NCBI GenBank assembly: GCA_030618495.1
Contig: JAUXDE010000002.1
Location: forward strand, 1 to 38,305
DNA: 38,305 bases
Direction of reading: 5' to 3'
From: Clostridia bacterium
GTDB taxonomy: Bacteria > UBA6262 > WVXT01 > JAUXBS01
Positions within the stretch are counted from its first letter, which is position 1; each line of letters opens with the position of its first letter. The position numbers and the translations under genes are program-made. The notes under the pieces were generated by a model. It ran no database searches. It was not told the DNA's origin and saw only the letters and a list, made by a program, of their open reading frames with translations. Positions 27,596 to 37,822 of the stretch are shown piece by piece.

Positions 27596-29185
27596 ATGGT
27601 TACCAGGAAAGATTTAAAATTTATTGTCATTATAGCATTTTTCATTATAGCGCAGTTACTCCCGTATATTAACAAACCCTTTCATATAGATGACCCGTTT
27701 TACCTTGAAATGGCAGAACAGATAATTCATGACCCGGTAAGGCCCTACAGTTTTTCAATAAACTGGAGCGGTGAACTGAGAAACGTCTGGTCACACATGG
27801 AAGCGACCTTCCCTCCTTTGATTCCTGTTTACATGGCTTTAATAGCTGTTATACTTGGAATAAATGAAATCATCATGCACTCGATGTTCCTTGTATTCCC
27901 CGTAATCGCGGGAACATCAATGTACTTTATTTCAAAAAGGTTCGGGGCGCCCCCGTTGATTTCATCGCTTCTTATGGTATCAACGCCGGTGTTCCTGGTA
28001 ATGTCCACTACACTCATGCTTGACGTCCCGCTGCTCGCCTTCTGGCTGTTATCAACCGCCCTGTTCATAAGCGGTGTTGATAATGATAACAAGACACTTC
28101 TGTTGCTGGCATCGGTTTCCATGGGTATCTGCTCCCTTGTCAAGTACACCGGGCTGCTGCTCTTTCCCCTTCTTTACCTGTGGCTTTTCCTTAACGGAAA
28201 TGCCAGGAGGTACCGGGCATGGTTTCTTCCGGGACTCACGATATTCCTTGCCTGGTGCATTCACAATCTTATAATTTACGGCGATATCCATTTTCTGCTG
28301 GCAGGCAGTCATATCGGCAAGGAAATATCAATACATAAAGCATTGAGTTTACCCGTATTCTTTTCCGGGAGTTTGGTATTCCCGTTTTCAATCTTTTTTT
28401 GTCTTGATAAAAAACACAAACCACCTGCCGTAATCATCGTTTTGTGCTTATTCCTGTTTTCATTAATCGCTCTATTTCACAAAATGCATTTCATACTGTT
28501 ATTTACCTTGCTTTCTTCATCCGCCCTGATATTTCTTTACCGGATATCCTCCTCCTTTAAAAAAGAGCCTGACACGATATTTTTATTCGTGTGGCTTTCG
28601 ATGGTATTACTGGTTAACTTCATAACGGAACCCTGGGTGGCTGCAAGGTACCTGATATTATGCATACCCCCTGCTGTAATCCTGTTCTTGAGAATAATTA
28701 AATCCATCAAGAAACCTTTGACAAACCATCTAATCATCCTTACGGTTATCGTAACCCTGGTTTCCGGCCACCTTCTTTGTTACGCTGATTATATCTGGGC
28801 GGCGGCTTACAGGGAATTTGCGGGATACGTACGGCAAGAAGGGTATAACAAAGGCTACTTCACGGGTCATTTTGGCCTTCAGTATTATCTTGAGAAGGCG
28901 GGGATGAAGGCGTTTGAAACACACAGGGAGGACATTGAAGAAGGAAGCTATTTCATAACCGCAACCCTGCCCGACCCGCAGAAACCAAACGACAAACTGC
29001 TCCGCAAATTAAGAATCATCGAACACAAATCGTATGAATCACGGTTCCCCGTAAGAATAATGAACCCCGCGGGCAGGGCCGGTTTCTATTCAAGTTTCTG
29101 GGGTATCCTGCCCTTCGGCATTTCAAAAAAACCGCTTGAGGACTTCTACATATTCCGGATTCAGGCGCCGGACACCGAGGAATAA
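27596..29185 (+). CDS. GT-C fold membrane glycosyltransferase (family 39, ArnT/PMT-like)
   Basis: About 12 predicted TM segments. The first periplasmic loop has the acidic motif PFHIDDPFYLEMAE, typical of GT39/ArnT-like enzymes. C-terminal soluble domain of about 130 aa. Confidence 0.75.
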   Translation: MVTRKDLKFIVIIAFFIIAQLLPYINKPFHIDDPFYLEMAEQIIHDPVRPYSFSINWSGELRNVWSHMEATFPPLIPVYMALIAVILGINEIIMHSMFLVFPVIAGTSMYFISKRFGAPPLISSLLMVSTPVFLVMSTTLMLDVPLLAFWLLSTALFISGVDNDNKTLLLLASVSMGICSLVKYTGLLLFPLLYLWLFLNGNARRYRAWFLPGLTIFLAWCIHNLIIYGDIHFLLAGSHIGKEISIHKALSLPVFFSGSLVFPFSIFFCLDKKHKPPAVIIVLCLFLFSLIALFHKMHFILLFTLLSSSALIFLYRISSSFKKEPDTIFLFVWLSMVLLVNFITEPWVAARYLILCIPPAVILFLRIIKSIKKPLTNHLIILTVIVTLVSGHLLCYADYIWAAAYREFAGYVRQEGYNKGYFTGHFGLQYYLEKAGMKAFETHREDIEEGSYFITATLPDPQKPNDKLLRKLRIIEHKSYESRFPVRIMNPAGRAGFYSSFWGILPFGISKKPLEDFYIFRIQAPDTEE

Positions 29186-29316
29186 ATGCATTATCCATCA
29201 TAATCAGCTTAGTCTTCAATGTCCATCCTCATTAATAACACTTAATATAAGTTGTAATACATGTAATTATATGCTATTATCGTAAATATAATAAAAATGT
29301 CCCAAAGGAACAAAAT

Positions 29317-30627
29317 ATGAACTATTTACTCATTAATGCATCTTTTGCAAAGGCTGGAAACTGGTCAAGTAAGTTAAAACCAAGGATTTCCACTTACCCG
29401 TCCCTGGCTCTTACACTACTTGCAGCGTTGGTGCCACCTGAAGATAATGTCCGTATAATAAACGAGGAATTCGAAGAAATAGACTTTGAGGAAAAATTCG
29501 ACCTTGTGGGAATATCCTTCCTCACCCCGGCAGCTCCCAGGGCTTATGAAATCGCGGCTACGTTCAGGAAAAAAGGCATTACGGTGATTATGGGCGGAGT
29601 GCATGTCACCGCGCTGCCCGAAGAAGCGGCCGAACATGCCGATACCATCGTGGTCGGGGAGGCGGAAACCGTATGGCCCGTACTGCTGAATGATTTCAAG
29701 AACGGAACACTTAAGAAACGTTATAAAGCCGACGGTTTCATTGACCTGGCAAACATACCCAGGGCAAGGCTTGACCTCCTGAATAAGAAACATTACGTCA
29801 CAATCAACGTAATCCAGGCATCAAGGGGCTGTTCGTTCGGGTGCGAGTTCTGCTCTATAGCGGAAATGTTCGGAAAGAAAGCAAGATTTCGTCCGGTGGA
29901 AAAGGTTATAGAAGAGATAAAAATGATGGGCAAACAGAGAGTACTGCTCTTCACCGATGATAATCTCATCATGAACCCACCCTACGCAAGGAAACTGCTC
30001 ACCGCCCTCAAGCCGCTGAAACTGCGATGGATAGGTGAAGCGTCCTGGACGATAGGCAACAAACCGGAGATACTTAAACTGATGCAGGAAAGCGGCTGTG
30101 TCGGCCTTCTCATAGGCTTTGAATCCATCCAGGCACAGACCTACACGAAGAAGATTTCAAGGCACAAGGACATGAGGGAAGCTTACATGAAAACGGTCAA
30201 AGCGCTCCACGATCACCAGATTGCCATCGTGGGAGCCTTCATATTCGGCTTTGACAACGACACTCTTTCTACCCTTGATAAAACGCTCCAGTTCTGCCTT
30301 GACGCCGATATCGACATCCCGGAGTTCAACGGGATAATACCGTATCCCGGAACCCCGTTGTACAGGAGATTATCCGCTGAGGGCAGGATATTTAGCAGGG
30401 AATGGCAAAAATACACCTACGAGCCTCCGGGCAGCGTATTTCACTTGAAGAACATGAAAAACGAAGAAATGAACAAGAAACTCAAAAGCATATACCGCGA
30501 CTTTTACTCCTACAAGCGCCTCATCCCAAGGCTCATACGCGCATTTATCCGGTATAGAAACCTGGAAAAAGTTATCTACCTGTTCATAATCTTCCTGGGC
30601 TTCAGGAAGAAAACAAGATTCGAGTAA
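29317..30627 (+). CDS. B12-binding-domain radical SAM protein (class B, with DUF4070-like C-terminus)
   Basis: N-terminal cobalamin-binding-type Rossmann region (LVGISFLTPAAPRAYEIA...GITVIMGGVHVTALPEE) and the radical SAM cluster motif CSFGCEFC (C-x3-C-x2-C). Confidence 0.85.
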   Translation: MNYLLINASFAKAGNWSSKLKPRISTYPSLALTLLAALVPPEDNVRIINEEFEEIDFEEKFDLVGISFLTPAAPRAYEIAATFRKKGITVIMGGVHVTALPEEAAEHADTIVVGEAETVWPVLLNDFKNGTLKKRYKADGFIDLANIPRARLDLLNKKHYVTINVIQASRGCSFGCEFCSIAEMFGKKARFRPVEKVIEEIKMMGKQRVLLFTDDNLIMNPPYARKLLTALKPLKLRWIGEASWTIGNKPEILKLMQESGCVGLLIGFESIQAQTYTKKISRHKDMREAYMKTVKALHDHQIAIVGAFIFGFDNDTLSTLDKTLQFCLDADIDIPEFNGIIPYPGTPLYRRLSAEGRIFSREWQKYTYEPPGSVFHLKNMKNEEMNKKLKSIYRDFYSYKRLIPRLIRAFIRYRNLEKVIYLFIIFLGFRKKTRFE

Positions 30628-33300
30628 TTACTTCTCTTCCAATACCGCGTGCGCGGCTGCAAGCCTTGCTATGGGCACCCTGTACGGCGAGCATGAAACA
30701 TAGTTCATGCCTATGTTATGACAGAATTTCACGGTATCAGGATCTCCCCCGTGTTCACCGCAAATACCTATTTCAAGATTCTTATTCGTCTTCCTGCCCT
30801 TCAATATCGCCATTTTCATCAATTCGCCGACCCCCTCCTTATCAACAGTTGCGAATGGATCATTGCCGAGTATTTTATTATCAGTATAATCCTTGAGGAA
30901 CTTACCGGCATCGTCACGACTGAACCCAAAAGTCATCTGGGTTAAATCGTTGGTGCCGAACGAGAAGAAATCAGCCTCCCTGGCTATTTTATCTGCAACA
31001 ATACATGCCCTGGGAATCTCTATCATGGTTCCTATCATATAATTTAACTTAACCTTTTTCTTCTTAATAACTTCCTTTGCAACTCTTTCAATCACAGCCT
31101 TCTGGTTAATGAATTCATTTTCATGCCCAACCAACGGCACCATTACCTCGGGAATAACCTTAACCTTCTTTTTAGTTAACTCGCAGGCCGCCTCAAAAAT
31201 CGCCCTTGCCTGCATTTCAGTAATTTCCGGGTAAGAAACACCAAGCCTGCATCCCCTGTGCCCCAGCATGGGGTTGAATTCATGAAGGCTGTCTTTCTTC
31301 AATTTTAATTTACTAAAACTCACCCCCATTGCTCCTGCAAGTTCTTTGATATCCTTGTCTTCATGAGGAAGGAACTCATGAAGAGGCGGATCCAGAAGCC
31401 TTATGATAACCGGGAAACCGTTCATTGCCTTGAATATCCCTGTAAAATCAGACTTCTGCATGACAAGTAATTTAGCCAACGCCTTCCTTCTGCCTTTTTC
31501 ATCCTCTGATAAAATCATTTCCCTGACAGCCTTAATCCTGTCACCGCCAAAGAACATGTGTTCCGTCCTGCAAAGGCCTATGCCCCTTGCGCCGAAATCC
31601 CTTGCTACTTTTGAATCCTTTGGCGTATCCGCATTGGTCCTTACGTGAATTTTGCTTATCCCGTCAGCCCAGGACATGACTTTTGCGAAGTTGCCCGAAA
31701 GCTGGGGTTCAATTGTCGGGATCTTGTCAAGCATCACCCTGCCCTTTGAACCGTCCAGGGAAATCCAGTCTCCCTGCTTGATAACCACGCTGCCTGCCTT
31801 GAATAACGATTTTCCGTAATTGATCTCAAGCGCGCCGCAGCCAGCCACACAGCACTTTCCCATACCCCTGGCAACCACCGCCGCATGGGATGTCATCCCG
31901 CCCCGGCCCGTAAGTATGCCCTGCGCGGCATCCATCCCCGCGATATCCTCCGGAGACGTTTCAATTCTTACAAGAATGACTTTTTCCCCTCCCTCGGCCT
32001 GCTTCACGGCATCCTCGGCGGAGAAAACCACCCTGCCCGATACGGCTCCCGGCGAAGCGGGCAGCCCCTCGGCAATCACGTTCAACTTTGCCTTCGGGTC
32101 AATAGTTGGGTGCAGCAGCTGGTCAAGCTGTTCCGGCATAACGCGGGAAACAGCGGTTTTCCTGTCAATCAGTTTCTCCTGCACCATATCCACGGCAATA
32201 TTCACCGCGGCTGCCGCAGTCCTCTTCCCGGTCCTTGTCTGCAGAAGGTAGAGTTTTCCCTTCTGAATGGTAAACTCAATATCCTGCATATCTTTATAAT
32301 GTTTCTCCAGCTTTTTATAAACGGTTTCCAGCTCGCTGTACATTACCGGCATCACCTCTTCCAGCGACTTTGACTTCTTGTCCTGCTTCCCTGCCTTGTT
32401 CACGGGCTGAGGCGTCCTGATACCCGCAACCACATCCTCCCCCTGGGCATTTATCAGGTACTCGCCAAAAAACCTTTTTTCTCCCGTGGAGGGGTCTCTC
32501 GTAAAAGCCACTCCCGTGGCGCAGTCATCGCCCATGTTGCCGTAAACCATTGTCTGGACGTTCACCGCCGTACCCCAGTCGCCCGGAATCTTATTCAACC
32601 TCCTGTACTCGATGGCCCTTGCAATATTCCATGAACCGAACACGGCGCCTATCCCGCCCCATAACTGCTTCATGGGGTCTTCGGGAAAGGTTATATTCAA
32701 CTTCTTCTTGATCATCGTTTTAAACTGCCTGACAAGGTCCTTTAAATCCTCTGCGCTCAGCTTGTTGTCATCCTTCACCTTCCTTGCCTTTTTCTTCCTA
32801 TCAAGCAGAACTTCAAATGGATCTTCCTCGTTGCCCTCGGGTTTCATGCCGAGGACTACATCACCGTACATCTGGACAAACCTGCGGTAGCAGTCATAGG
32901 CAAACCTCTCGCTGCCGGACTGTTTTATCAGTCCCTTCACCGTTGTATCGTTTAACCCCAGGTTTAAGACAGTATCCATCATTCCCGGCATTGAAACCCT
33001 CGCGCCCGAGCGTACCGATACAAGCAGGGGATTATTGCTGTCGCCAAACCCTGCGCCCATCGCCTTTTCAACCTTCCTGAGGTTTTTTCCCACTTCATCC
33101 TTCAATCCTGGTGGATAACGCCTGTTATTTTTATAGAATTCCGTACACACATCCGTTGAAATAGTAAAACCGGCAGGTACACGGACCCCCAAATTCGTCA
33201 TTTCCGCAAGGTTTGCTCCTTTGCCCCCGAGCAAATTCTTCATTTTTGCCTTACCCTCCGCTTTCTTCTCGCCGAAGAAATACACATACTTCTTTGCCAT
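30628..33300 (-). CDS. ppdK: Pyruvate, phosphate dikinase
   Basis: 890 aa. LLGGKGANLAEM ATP-grasp start, phosphohistidine region GGMTSHAAVVARGMG, and PEP-utilising C-terminal motif GICGEHGGDP. Confidence 0.93.
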   Translation of the reverse strand: MAKKYVYFFGEKKAEGKAKMKNLLGGKGANLAEMTNLGVRVPAGFTISTDVCTEFYKNNRRYPPGLKDEVGKNLRKVEKAMGAGFGDSNNPLLVSVRSGARVSMPGMMDTVLNLGLNDTTVKGLIKQSGSERFAYDCYRRFVQMYGDVVLGMKPEGNEEDPFEVLLDRKKKARKVKDDNKLSAEDLKDLVRQFKTMIKKKLNITFPEDPMKQLWGGIGAVFGSWNIARAIEYRRLNKIPGDWGTAVNVQTMVYGNMGDDCATGVAFTRDPSTGEKRFFGEYLINAQGEDVVAGIRTPQPVNKAGKQDKKSKSLEEVMPVMYSELETVYKKLEKHYKDMQDIEFTIQKGKLYLLQTRTGKRTAAAAVNIAVDMVQEKLIDRKTAVSRVMPEQLDQLLHPTIDPKAKLNVIAEGLPASPGAVSGRVVFSAEDAVKQAEGGEKVILVRIETSPEDIAGMDAAQGILTGRGGMTSHAAVVARGMGKCCVAGCGALEINYGKSLFKAGSVVIKQGDWISLDGSKGRVMLDKIPTIEPQLSGNFAKVMSWADGISKIHVRTNADTPKDSKVARDFGARGIGLCRTEHMFFGGDRIKAVREMILSEDEKGRRKALAKLLVMQKSDFTGIFKAMNGFPVIIRLLDPPLHEFLPHEDKDIKELAGAMGVSFSKLKLKKDSLHEFNPMLGHRGCRLGVSYPEITEMQARAIFEAACELTKKKVKVIPEVMVPLVGHENEFINQKAVIERVAKEVIKKKKVKLNYMIGTMIEIPRACIVADKIAREADFFSFGTNDLTQMTFGFSRDDAGKFLKDYTDNKILGNDPFATVDKEGVGELMKMAILKGRKTNKNLEIGICGEHGGDPDTVKFCHNIGMNYVSCSPYRVPIARLAAAHAVLEEK

Positions 33301-33342
33301 TCTTTTCTCCTCTCCTTTTTTTTAATAGGGACAGACACCTAT

Positions 33343-35433
33343 TTAATCTTTTACTACGATTGATGAAAAATCAGCAATTTCCATGAACAGTTTAACTATG
33401 TTCCTCAATAAGGCAAGCCTGTTATCCCTCAGTTTTTGGTCCTTATCCATGACCATTACCTTATCAAAAAACCTGTCCACCGGCTCGCGCAGGCTTACAA
33501 GCCTGCTTAAAACTTCTTCATACTTCCTGTCTTCCAACATCTTTTTAACATCATTTTTGGTTTTATAATATTTTTCAAACAAATCCTTTTCCTCGGGTTC
33601 CTTCAGGTTATCCGGAATGAATTTCAAGCCAATTACATCCAGTCCAAGTTTTTCTTCTGCCTGTTTGAGTATATTTTTCGCCCTCTTGAATGCGCCGGAG
33701 ATTGGTTCAAAATCAGGCAAGGGGTGCAGTTTATGAACGGCATTTACCCTGGATTGAGCATCAACCGGAAAAGAAAACCCCGTGTCAAGAACAGCCTTGA
33801 TTTCATCATAAGCCATTCCTCGTGACTCGAAGATATTCTCGATACGCTGCCTGAAGAACTTCATGATTTGTTTTTTAATGTTATCCTCATCAGGACACTT
33901 CAACAGTTTCAGCGATTCATGAACAAGTTCGTCCAGGGATAAATCCAGTGATTTTTCAAGTATTATTCTTATAATGCCGTGCGCCTGCCTGCGCAAGCCA
34001 TAGGGATCGCCTGACCCCGTGGGAATCCTGCCGGCATAAAAATCACCGGCAATCGTATCAACCTTATCCGCAATGCCCACCACTGCGCCTTCAATGGATT
34101 CAGGAAGATTGCCGTCAGCCGTCAGTGGCATATAATGTTCGCCTATTGCCTTTGCGGTAACCTCGTCTTCCCCGGATATCACGGCATATTCCCTTCCTAC
34201 TTTCCCCTGAAGCTCGGGAAATTCCCTGACCATCTGCGTCATCAAATCCGCCTTGCATAAATACGCAGCCCTGAGGACGGCTTGGCTGTTTAATTTTTTC
34301 GAATTCAGTTTCTCAATCACGAATTTTACCAGTTCGCGAAGCCTTAAAACCTTATCAAAAACGGTTCCTGTTTTTTCCTGGAATAAAACGTTCTTCAGTT
34401 GGTCAACATAATTCTCCAGTTTCCCGGCGGTATCCTGCCTGAAGAAGAACTCGGCATCCTCGAGCCTTGCGGTAAACACCCTTTCATATCCTTCCTTCAC
34501 ATTTTTCATGTACTCGGAAATACCGTCCCTCACACCTACAAAATACGGAAGCAGTTTCCCATCCACATCAACTACCGAGAAATACTTTTGATGATGTTTC
34601 ATACATGTAACAAGAACGTCCTGGGGCAATTTAAGGTATTTCCTGTCAAACTGTCCCAGTATGGGAGTTGGGAATTCAAGGAGATAATTAACTTCATCCA
34701 GCAGGCCTTCATCCTCCAGCAGGAAACCACCCGTTTTCTTTAATACATGGCTTACCGCATTATAAATAATCTTCCTTCTTTCATCCTGGTTAACAATTAC
34801 ATGATTATGCTTCAGGACTTTCTCGTATTTTTCAATGTCTTTTATATTTATCGGTTTTGAAACCAAGAATCTATGCCCGCGCGTGTTTCTTTCCGAGCTA
34901 AGCTTTCCAAGAGAGAATTTCACGGTTTTATTTTTGTAGAGTACGGTAATCCATCTCACGGGCCTGGCAAACTGAAAATCCGATTGGGGCCACCTCATTA
35001 CCCTGGGAAAAGATATGTTCGAAATGAGCGTGGTTATCAGTTCCGGTAATATTTTTCTCGTTTCAAGGCCTTTTTTCGTCTTTTCGGCAAAAACCCTTTC
35101 ATCATCCCCTTTTTTCCTTATAACAAGACTGTCAACCTCCACGCCCTGACTCTTCGCAAAGCCCGCAGCGGCAGGCGTAGGACTGCCTTTTTCATCGAAA
35201 GCCGCTTTCCTTGAAGGGCCCGAAACAATCGTTTTTATATCATCCTGGTGTCCCGCAAGCTCATCCACAACCAGGACAATCCTTCTGAAACTGGCAAATA
35301 CGTGTATTTCCTTGAAACTAATCCTTTTTTCACTAAATAGTTTTCCCGCTGCAACCCCGAGTTGCTTTCTTGCAGAATCAATATATGCGGCAGGAAGTTC
35401 TTCCGCTCCGATTTCAAGTAGAAAATTTTTCAT
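33343..35433 (-). CDS. glyS: Glycyl-tRNA synthetase beta subunit
   Basis: [16 protein letters not shown]-terminus, 696 aa. ATGA overlap with glyQ. Confidence 0.92.
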   Translation of the reverse strand: MKNFLLEIGAEELPAAYIDSARKQLGVAAGKLFSEKRISFKEIHVFASFRRIVLVVDELAGHQDDIKTIVSGPSRKAAFDEKGSPTPAAAGFAKSQGVEVDSLVIRKKGDDERVFAEKTKKGLETRKILPELITTLISNISFPRVMRWPQSDFQFARPVRWITVLYKNKTVKFSLGKLSSERNTRGHRFLVSKPINIKDIEKYEKVLKHNHVIVNQDERRKIIYNAVSHVLKKTGGFLLEDEGLLDEVNYLLEFPTPILGQFDRKYLKLPQDVLVTCMKHHQKYFSVVDVDGKLLPYFVGVRDGISEYMKNVKEGYERVFTARLEDAEFFFRQDTAGKLENYVDQLKNVLFQEKTGTVFDKVLRLRELVKFVIEKLNSKKLNSQAVLRAAYLCKADLMTQMVREFPELQGKVGREYAVISGEDEVTAKAIGEHYMPLTADGNLPESIEGAVVGIADKVDTIAGDFYAGRIPTGSGDPYGLRRQAHGIIRIILEKSLDLSLDELVHESLKLLKCPDEDNIKKQIMKFFRQRIENIFESRGMAYDEIKAVLDTGFSFPVDAQSRVNAVHKLHPLPDFEPISGAFKRAKNILKQAEEKLGLDVIGLKFIPDNLKEPEEKDLFEKYYKTKNDVKKMLEDRKYEEVLSRLVSLREPVDRFFDKVMVMDKDQKLRDNRLALLRNIVKLFMEIADFSSIVVKD

Positions 35434-36272
35434 GGTTTAATTTCCATATACAGTTCAGCAACCTTCTGCGCCAGGGTTCTCACCCTTGCAATAAAATTCG
35501 TCCTCTCCTTCACGCTGATTGCCCCCCTGGCTTCAAGCAGGTTAAATGCATGGGAACATTTCATAACATAATCATGGGCAGGCAGGAGCAATTTCCCGCC
35601 CAGCAGTTTTTCCGCCTCTTTTTCATAAATATCAAAAAGCTTGAATTGCGTTTCAACGGTCGCCTCATCAAAAGCATATTGAGAGAATTCCTTCTCTTCA
35701 TTAAGATGGATTTCCCCGTATTTCACATTCTCTGAATAATCTATGTCGAAAACATTTTCCTTTTTCTGAATGTACATCGCAATCCGTTCCAGCCCGTAGG
35801 TTAATTCCACGGTAACAGGGTTTAATTCAATTCCACCCATCTGCTGAAAATATGTAAACTGAGTTATTTCCAGTCCATCCAACCAGACTTCCCATCCCAG
35901 CCCCCATGCCCCCAGCGTGGGTGATTCCCAGTTGTCTTCCACAAAGCGGATATCATGCTGCTTCGGATTAATCCCTAACTTCTCAAGGCTCGCTATATAG
36001 ATTTTTTGTATGTCTGCCGGCGAAGGCTTGATAACAACCTGGAACTGGTAATGTTTCCTGAGCCTATTCGGGTTTTTCCCATACCTGCCGTCCGAAGGCC
36101 TTCGCGACGGTTCTACATAGGCGGCAGCCCATGGTTTTTTTCCGAGACACCGCAAAAAGGTAGCGGGATTAAAAGTACCCGCGCCTTTCTCAACATCGTA
36201 AGGCTGCAATATTATGCATCCTTCCACTGCCCAGAAATCCTGCAACTTCATTATTATTTTCTGAAAAGTCAT
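35430..36272 (-). CDS. glyQ: Glycyl-tRNA synthetase alpha subunit
   Basis: [36 protein letters not shown]. Start moved to ATG 36272, which forms an ATGA overlap with the recO stop; the track's GTG at 36290 is less likely. Confidence 0.92.
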   Translation of the reverse strand: MTFQKIIMKLQDFWAVEGCIILQPYDVEKGAGTFNPATFLRCLGKKPWAAAYVEPSRRPSDGRYGKNPNRLRKHYQFQVVIKPSPADIQKIYIASLEKLGINPKQHDIRFVEDNWESPTLGAWGLGWEVWLDGLEITQFTYFQQMGGIELNPVTVELTYGLERIAMYIQKKENVFDIDYSENVKYGEIHLNEEKEFSQYAFDEATVETQFKLFDIYEKEAEKLLGGKLLLPAHDYVMKCSHAFNLLEARGAISVKERTNFIARVRTLAQKVAELYMEIKP

Positions 36273-37033
36273 GAAATCAGTACTTCCCACTGTTTAATAA
36301 ATTTTTCTGTCTTCAATTCACCCGAAAGATGGCTCGAAAGATATGAACCTATTATGCTCTCTAACCCTTTTCTGTGTGACTGGCTAATCCCGGCAGTGTC
36401 TATTTCCGTAAAAGCTTTACTCTCAAAATCCTCGAGGTAATCAATATAACGCCATGGCACGCTGACCGAATTTAAATCTCTTGATTCGCACCTGGGACAG
36501 ATAACTCCGCCCTGAAACGAACTGAATTTCACAATATCCCTTGCGCGCCTGGCGGTTATTCCACAACATGCGCATTTATCAAGACAAAGCTTGTAACCTG
36601 AGGCGGACAGTAACTTCACAACAAAAGCCCATTTAATCACATCCCTGTCACAGTCCGGCATTTGCGAAAAAACTTCGTTCAACATAAAAAACATCTCCGG
36701 GTGAGGCTCATTATCCTCAGTTATCTTATCAATCAATTCCACAATATAACTTGCCGTTATAAACGAATCCAGGTCTTTCCTCAAATAACTGTATGAATTG
36801 ACTGTACTGCAACCTGTTATTTTATATAATTCCGCGCCCTCTTTCTTGTAAAGCATCATTTCATTATAGGAGAAAGGTTCCATTGAAGAACCGTACTTGC
36901 TCTTCATTCTGCGCGCGCCTCTCGCGACAGCCCGCAGTTTGCCCTGATTTCTGGAATACAGAACAACCACCTTATCTGCTTCTCCAAAATCATAGTGCCT
37001 TAAAACAATGGCTGATACTTTATGAAAGCGCAT
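36269..37033 (-). CDS. recO: DNA repair protein RecO
   Basis: N-terminal OB-fold pattern ([35 protein letters not shown]) and the C-terminal zinc motif C-x2-C...C-x2-C (CACCG...CPRC). Confidence 0.85.
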   Translation of the reverse strand: MRFHKVSAIVLRHYDFGEADKVVVLYSRNQGKLRAVARGARRMKSKYGSSMEPFSYNEMMLYKKEGAELYKITGCSTVNSYSYLRKDLDSFITASYIVELIDKITEDNEPHPEMFFMLNEVFSQMPDCDRDVIKWAFVVKLLSASGYKLCLDKCACCGITARRARDIVKFSSFQGGVICPRCESRDLNSVSVPWRYIDYLEDFESKAFTEIDTAGISQSHRKGLESIIGSYLSSHLSGELKTEKFIKQWEVLIS

Positions 37034-37066
37034 ATATCTCCGGGGACAGGTTATCTATGCCCCCTG

Positions 37067-37822
37067 TCAACTGAAGACCTGGAACATCAACGCGGTAATC
37101 AGTATTCCAAAAACAGACCCGGTAATTATTTCCAGTATAGTATGAATACCTTCCCTGTGCCTGCTTTCGGCAATCAACACCGCCATGATTAGCGTCATTC
37201 CTATTAAAACAACATTCTGCGTAATGAAAGCGGTCATGGTTGCAACCGAAAAAGCAAAAGCGCTGTGGAAACTCGGCATTCCGCCGTGTAGGGGCGTCCC
37301 CTTGCCGATATATGATTTCACGGTAATAATCAAAATAAACATTATTACAAGGGAAATGATAATTACGTATTCAGGCGCATTTCTTACCTTTATGAGCAGT
37401 GGAATTGTCATATCATAACCAAAAAACTTTTTCCTGAAAAAAATCAGGTAACCTACCACAACTGCGTTTAACGAAGCCAGAAAAACCATTCCCGCAGCCA
37501 TGTCTTTTATATTTCTTATGGCCGGGCTATATTTCTGACTGAGGAGATTTGATATGTTTTCAACGACCGTATTAAGTATTTCCGTTATGAATACGAGAAG
37601 GATTGTAAATATCAACACTATAACGTCCATTCTCTCCAAATCCAGAAATAAACCGATAATCAAAACAATCAGGGCAATAAGGAAATGTATCCTCATGCTT
37701 CTCTGTGTCTTCAATGTATAAACAACCCCCTTGAGCGCGCAGTCAAAACTGTTAATAAGATTATTTTCCTGCCCTACTCCAGGTTCATTCTCTTCAGGTT
37801 TATTTTTTAAAGGTTCAGGCAA
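37067..37822 (-). CDS. dgkA: Fusion protein: DgkA-type lipid kinase (diacylglycerol/undecaprenol kinase family) N-terminal half plus PAP2-like phosphatase C-terminal half
   Basis: DgkA motifs: NSFDCALKG, TEILNTVVEN, IKDMAAGMV. PAP2-like motifs: K169-x6-TP, PSFH (183-186), SR-x5-H-x3-E (220-231). It needs a TTG start at 37822, because the conserved region precedes the first ATG. Confidence 0.75.
   Translation of the reverse strand: MPEPLKNKPEENEPGVGQENNLINSFDCALKGVVYTLKTQRSMRIHFLIALIVLIIGLFLDLERMDVIVLIFTILLVFITEILNTVVENISNLLSQKYSPAIRNIKDMAAGMVFLASLNAVVVGYLIFFRKKFFGYDMTIPLLIKVRNAPEYVIIISLVIMFILIITVKSYIGKGTPLHGGMPSFHSAFAFSVATMTAFITQNVVLIGMTLIMAVLIAESRHREGIHTILEIITGSVFGILITALMFQVFS

Noticed and set aside
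31820-32373. Two overlapping plus-strand ORFs (143 and 162 aa) inside ppdK; similar cases occur inside murA (10611..11036) and tyrS (14476..14958)
   Set aside because: All lie antisense to highly conserved enzymes and have no motifs or ribosome-binding sites. These long open shadow frames are most likely non-coding.
33324-33343. Hairpin AATAGG-N8-CCTATT overlapping the glyS stop, next to a 9-nt homopolymer run
   Set aside because: On the minus (transcribed) strand the run following the stem is A9, not U. This is the wrong polarity for a glyS terminator. The stem is only 6 bp, and the ppdK SD follows immediately.
37042-37068. GGGGACAGG...CCCCCTGTC in the recO-dgkA junction, considered as a third member of the palindromic repeat family
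   Set aside because: It shares only the GGGGACA heptamer. The potential stem is 6 bp and there is no extended arm similarity, so it is probably coincidental.
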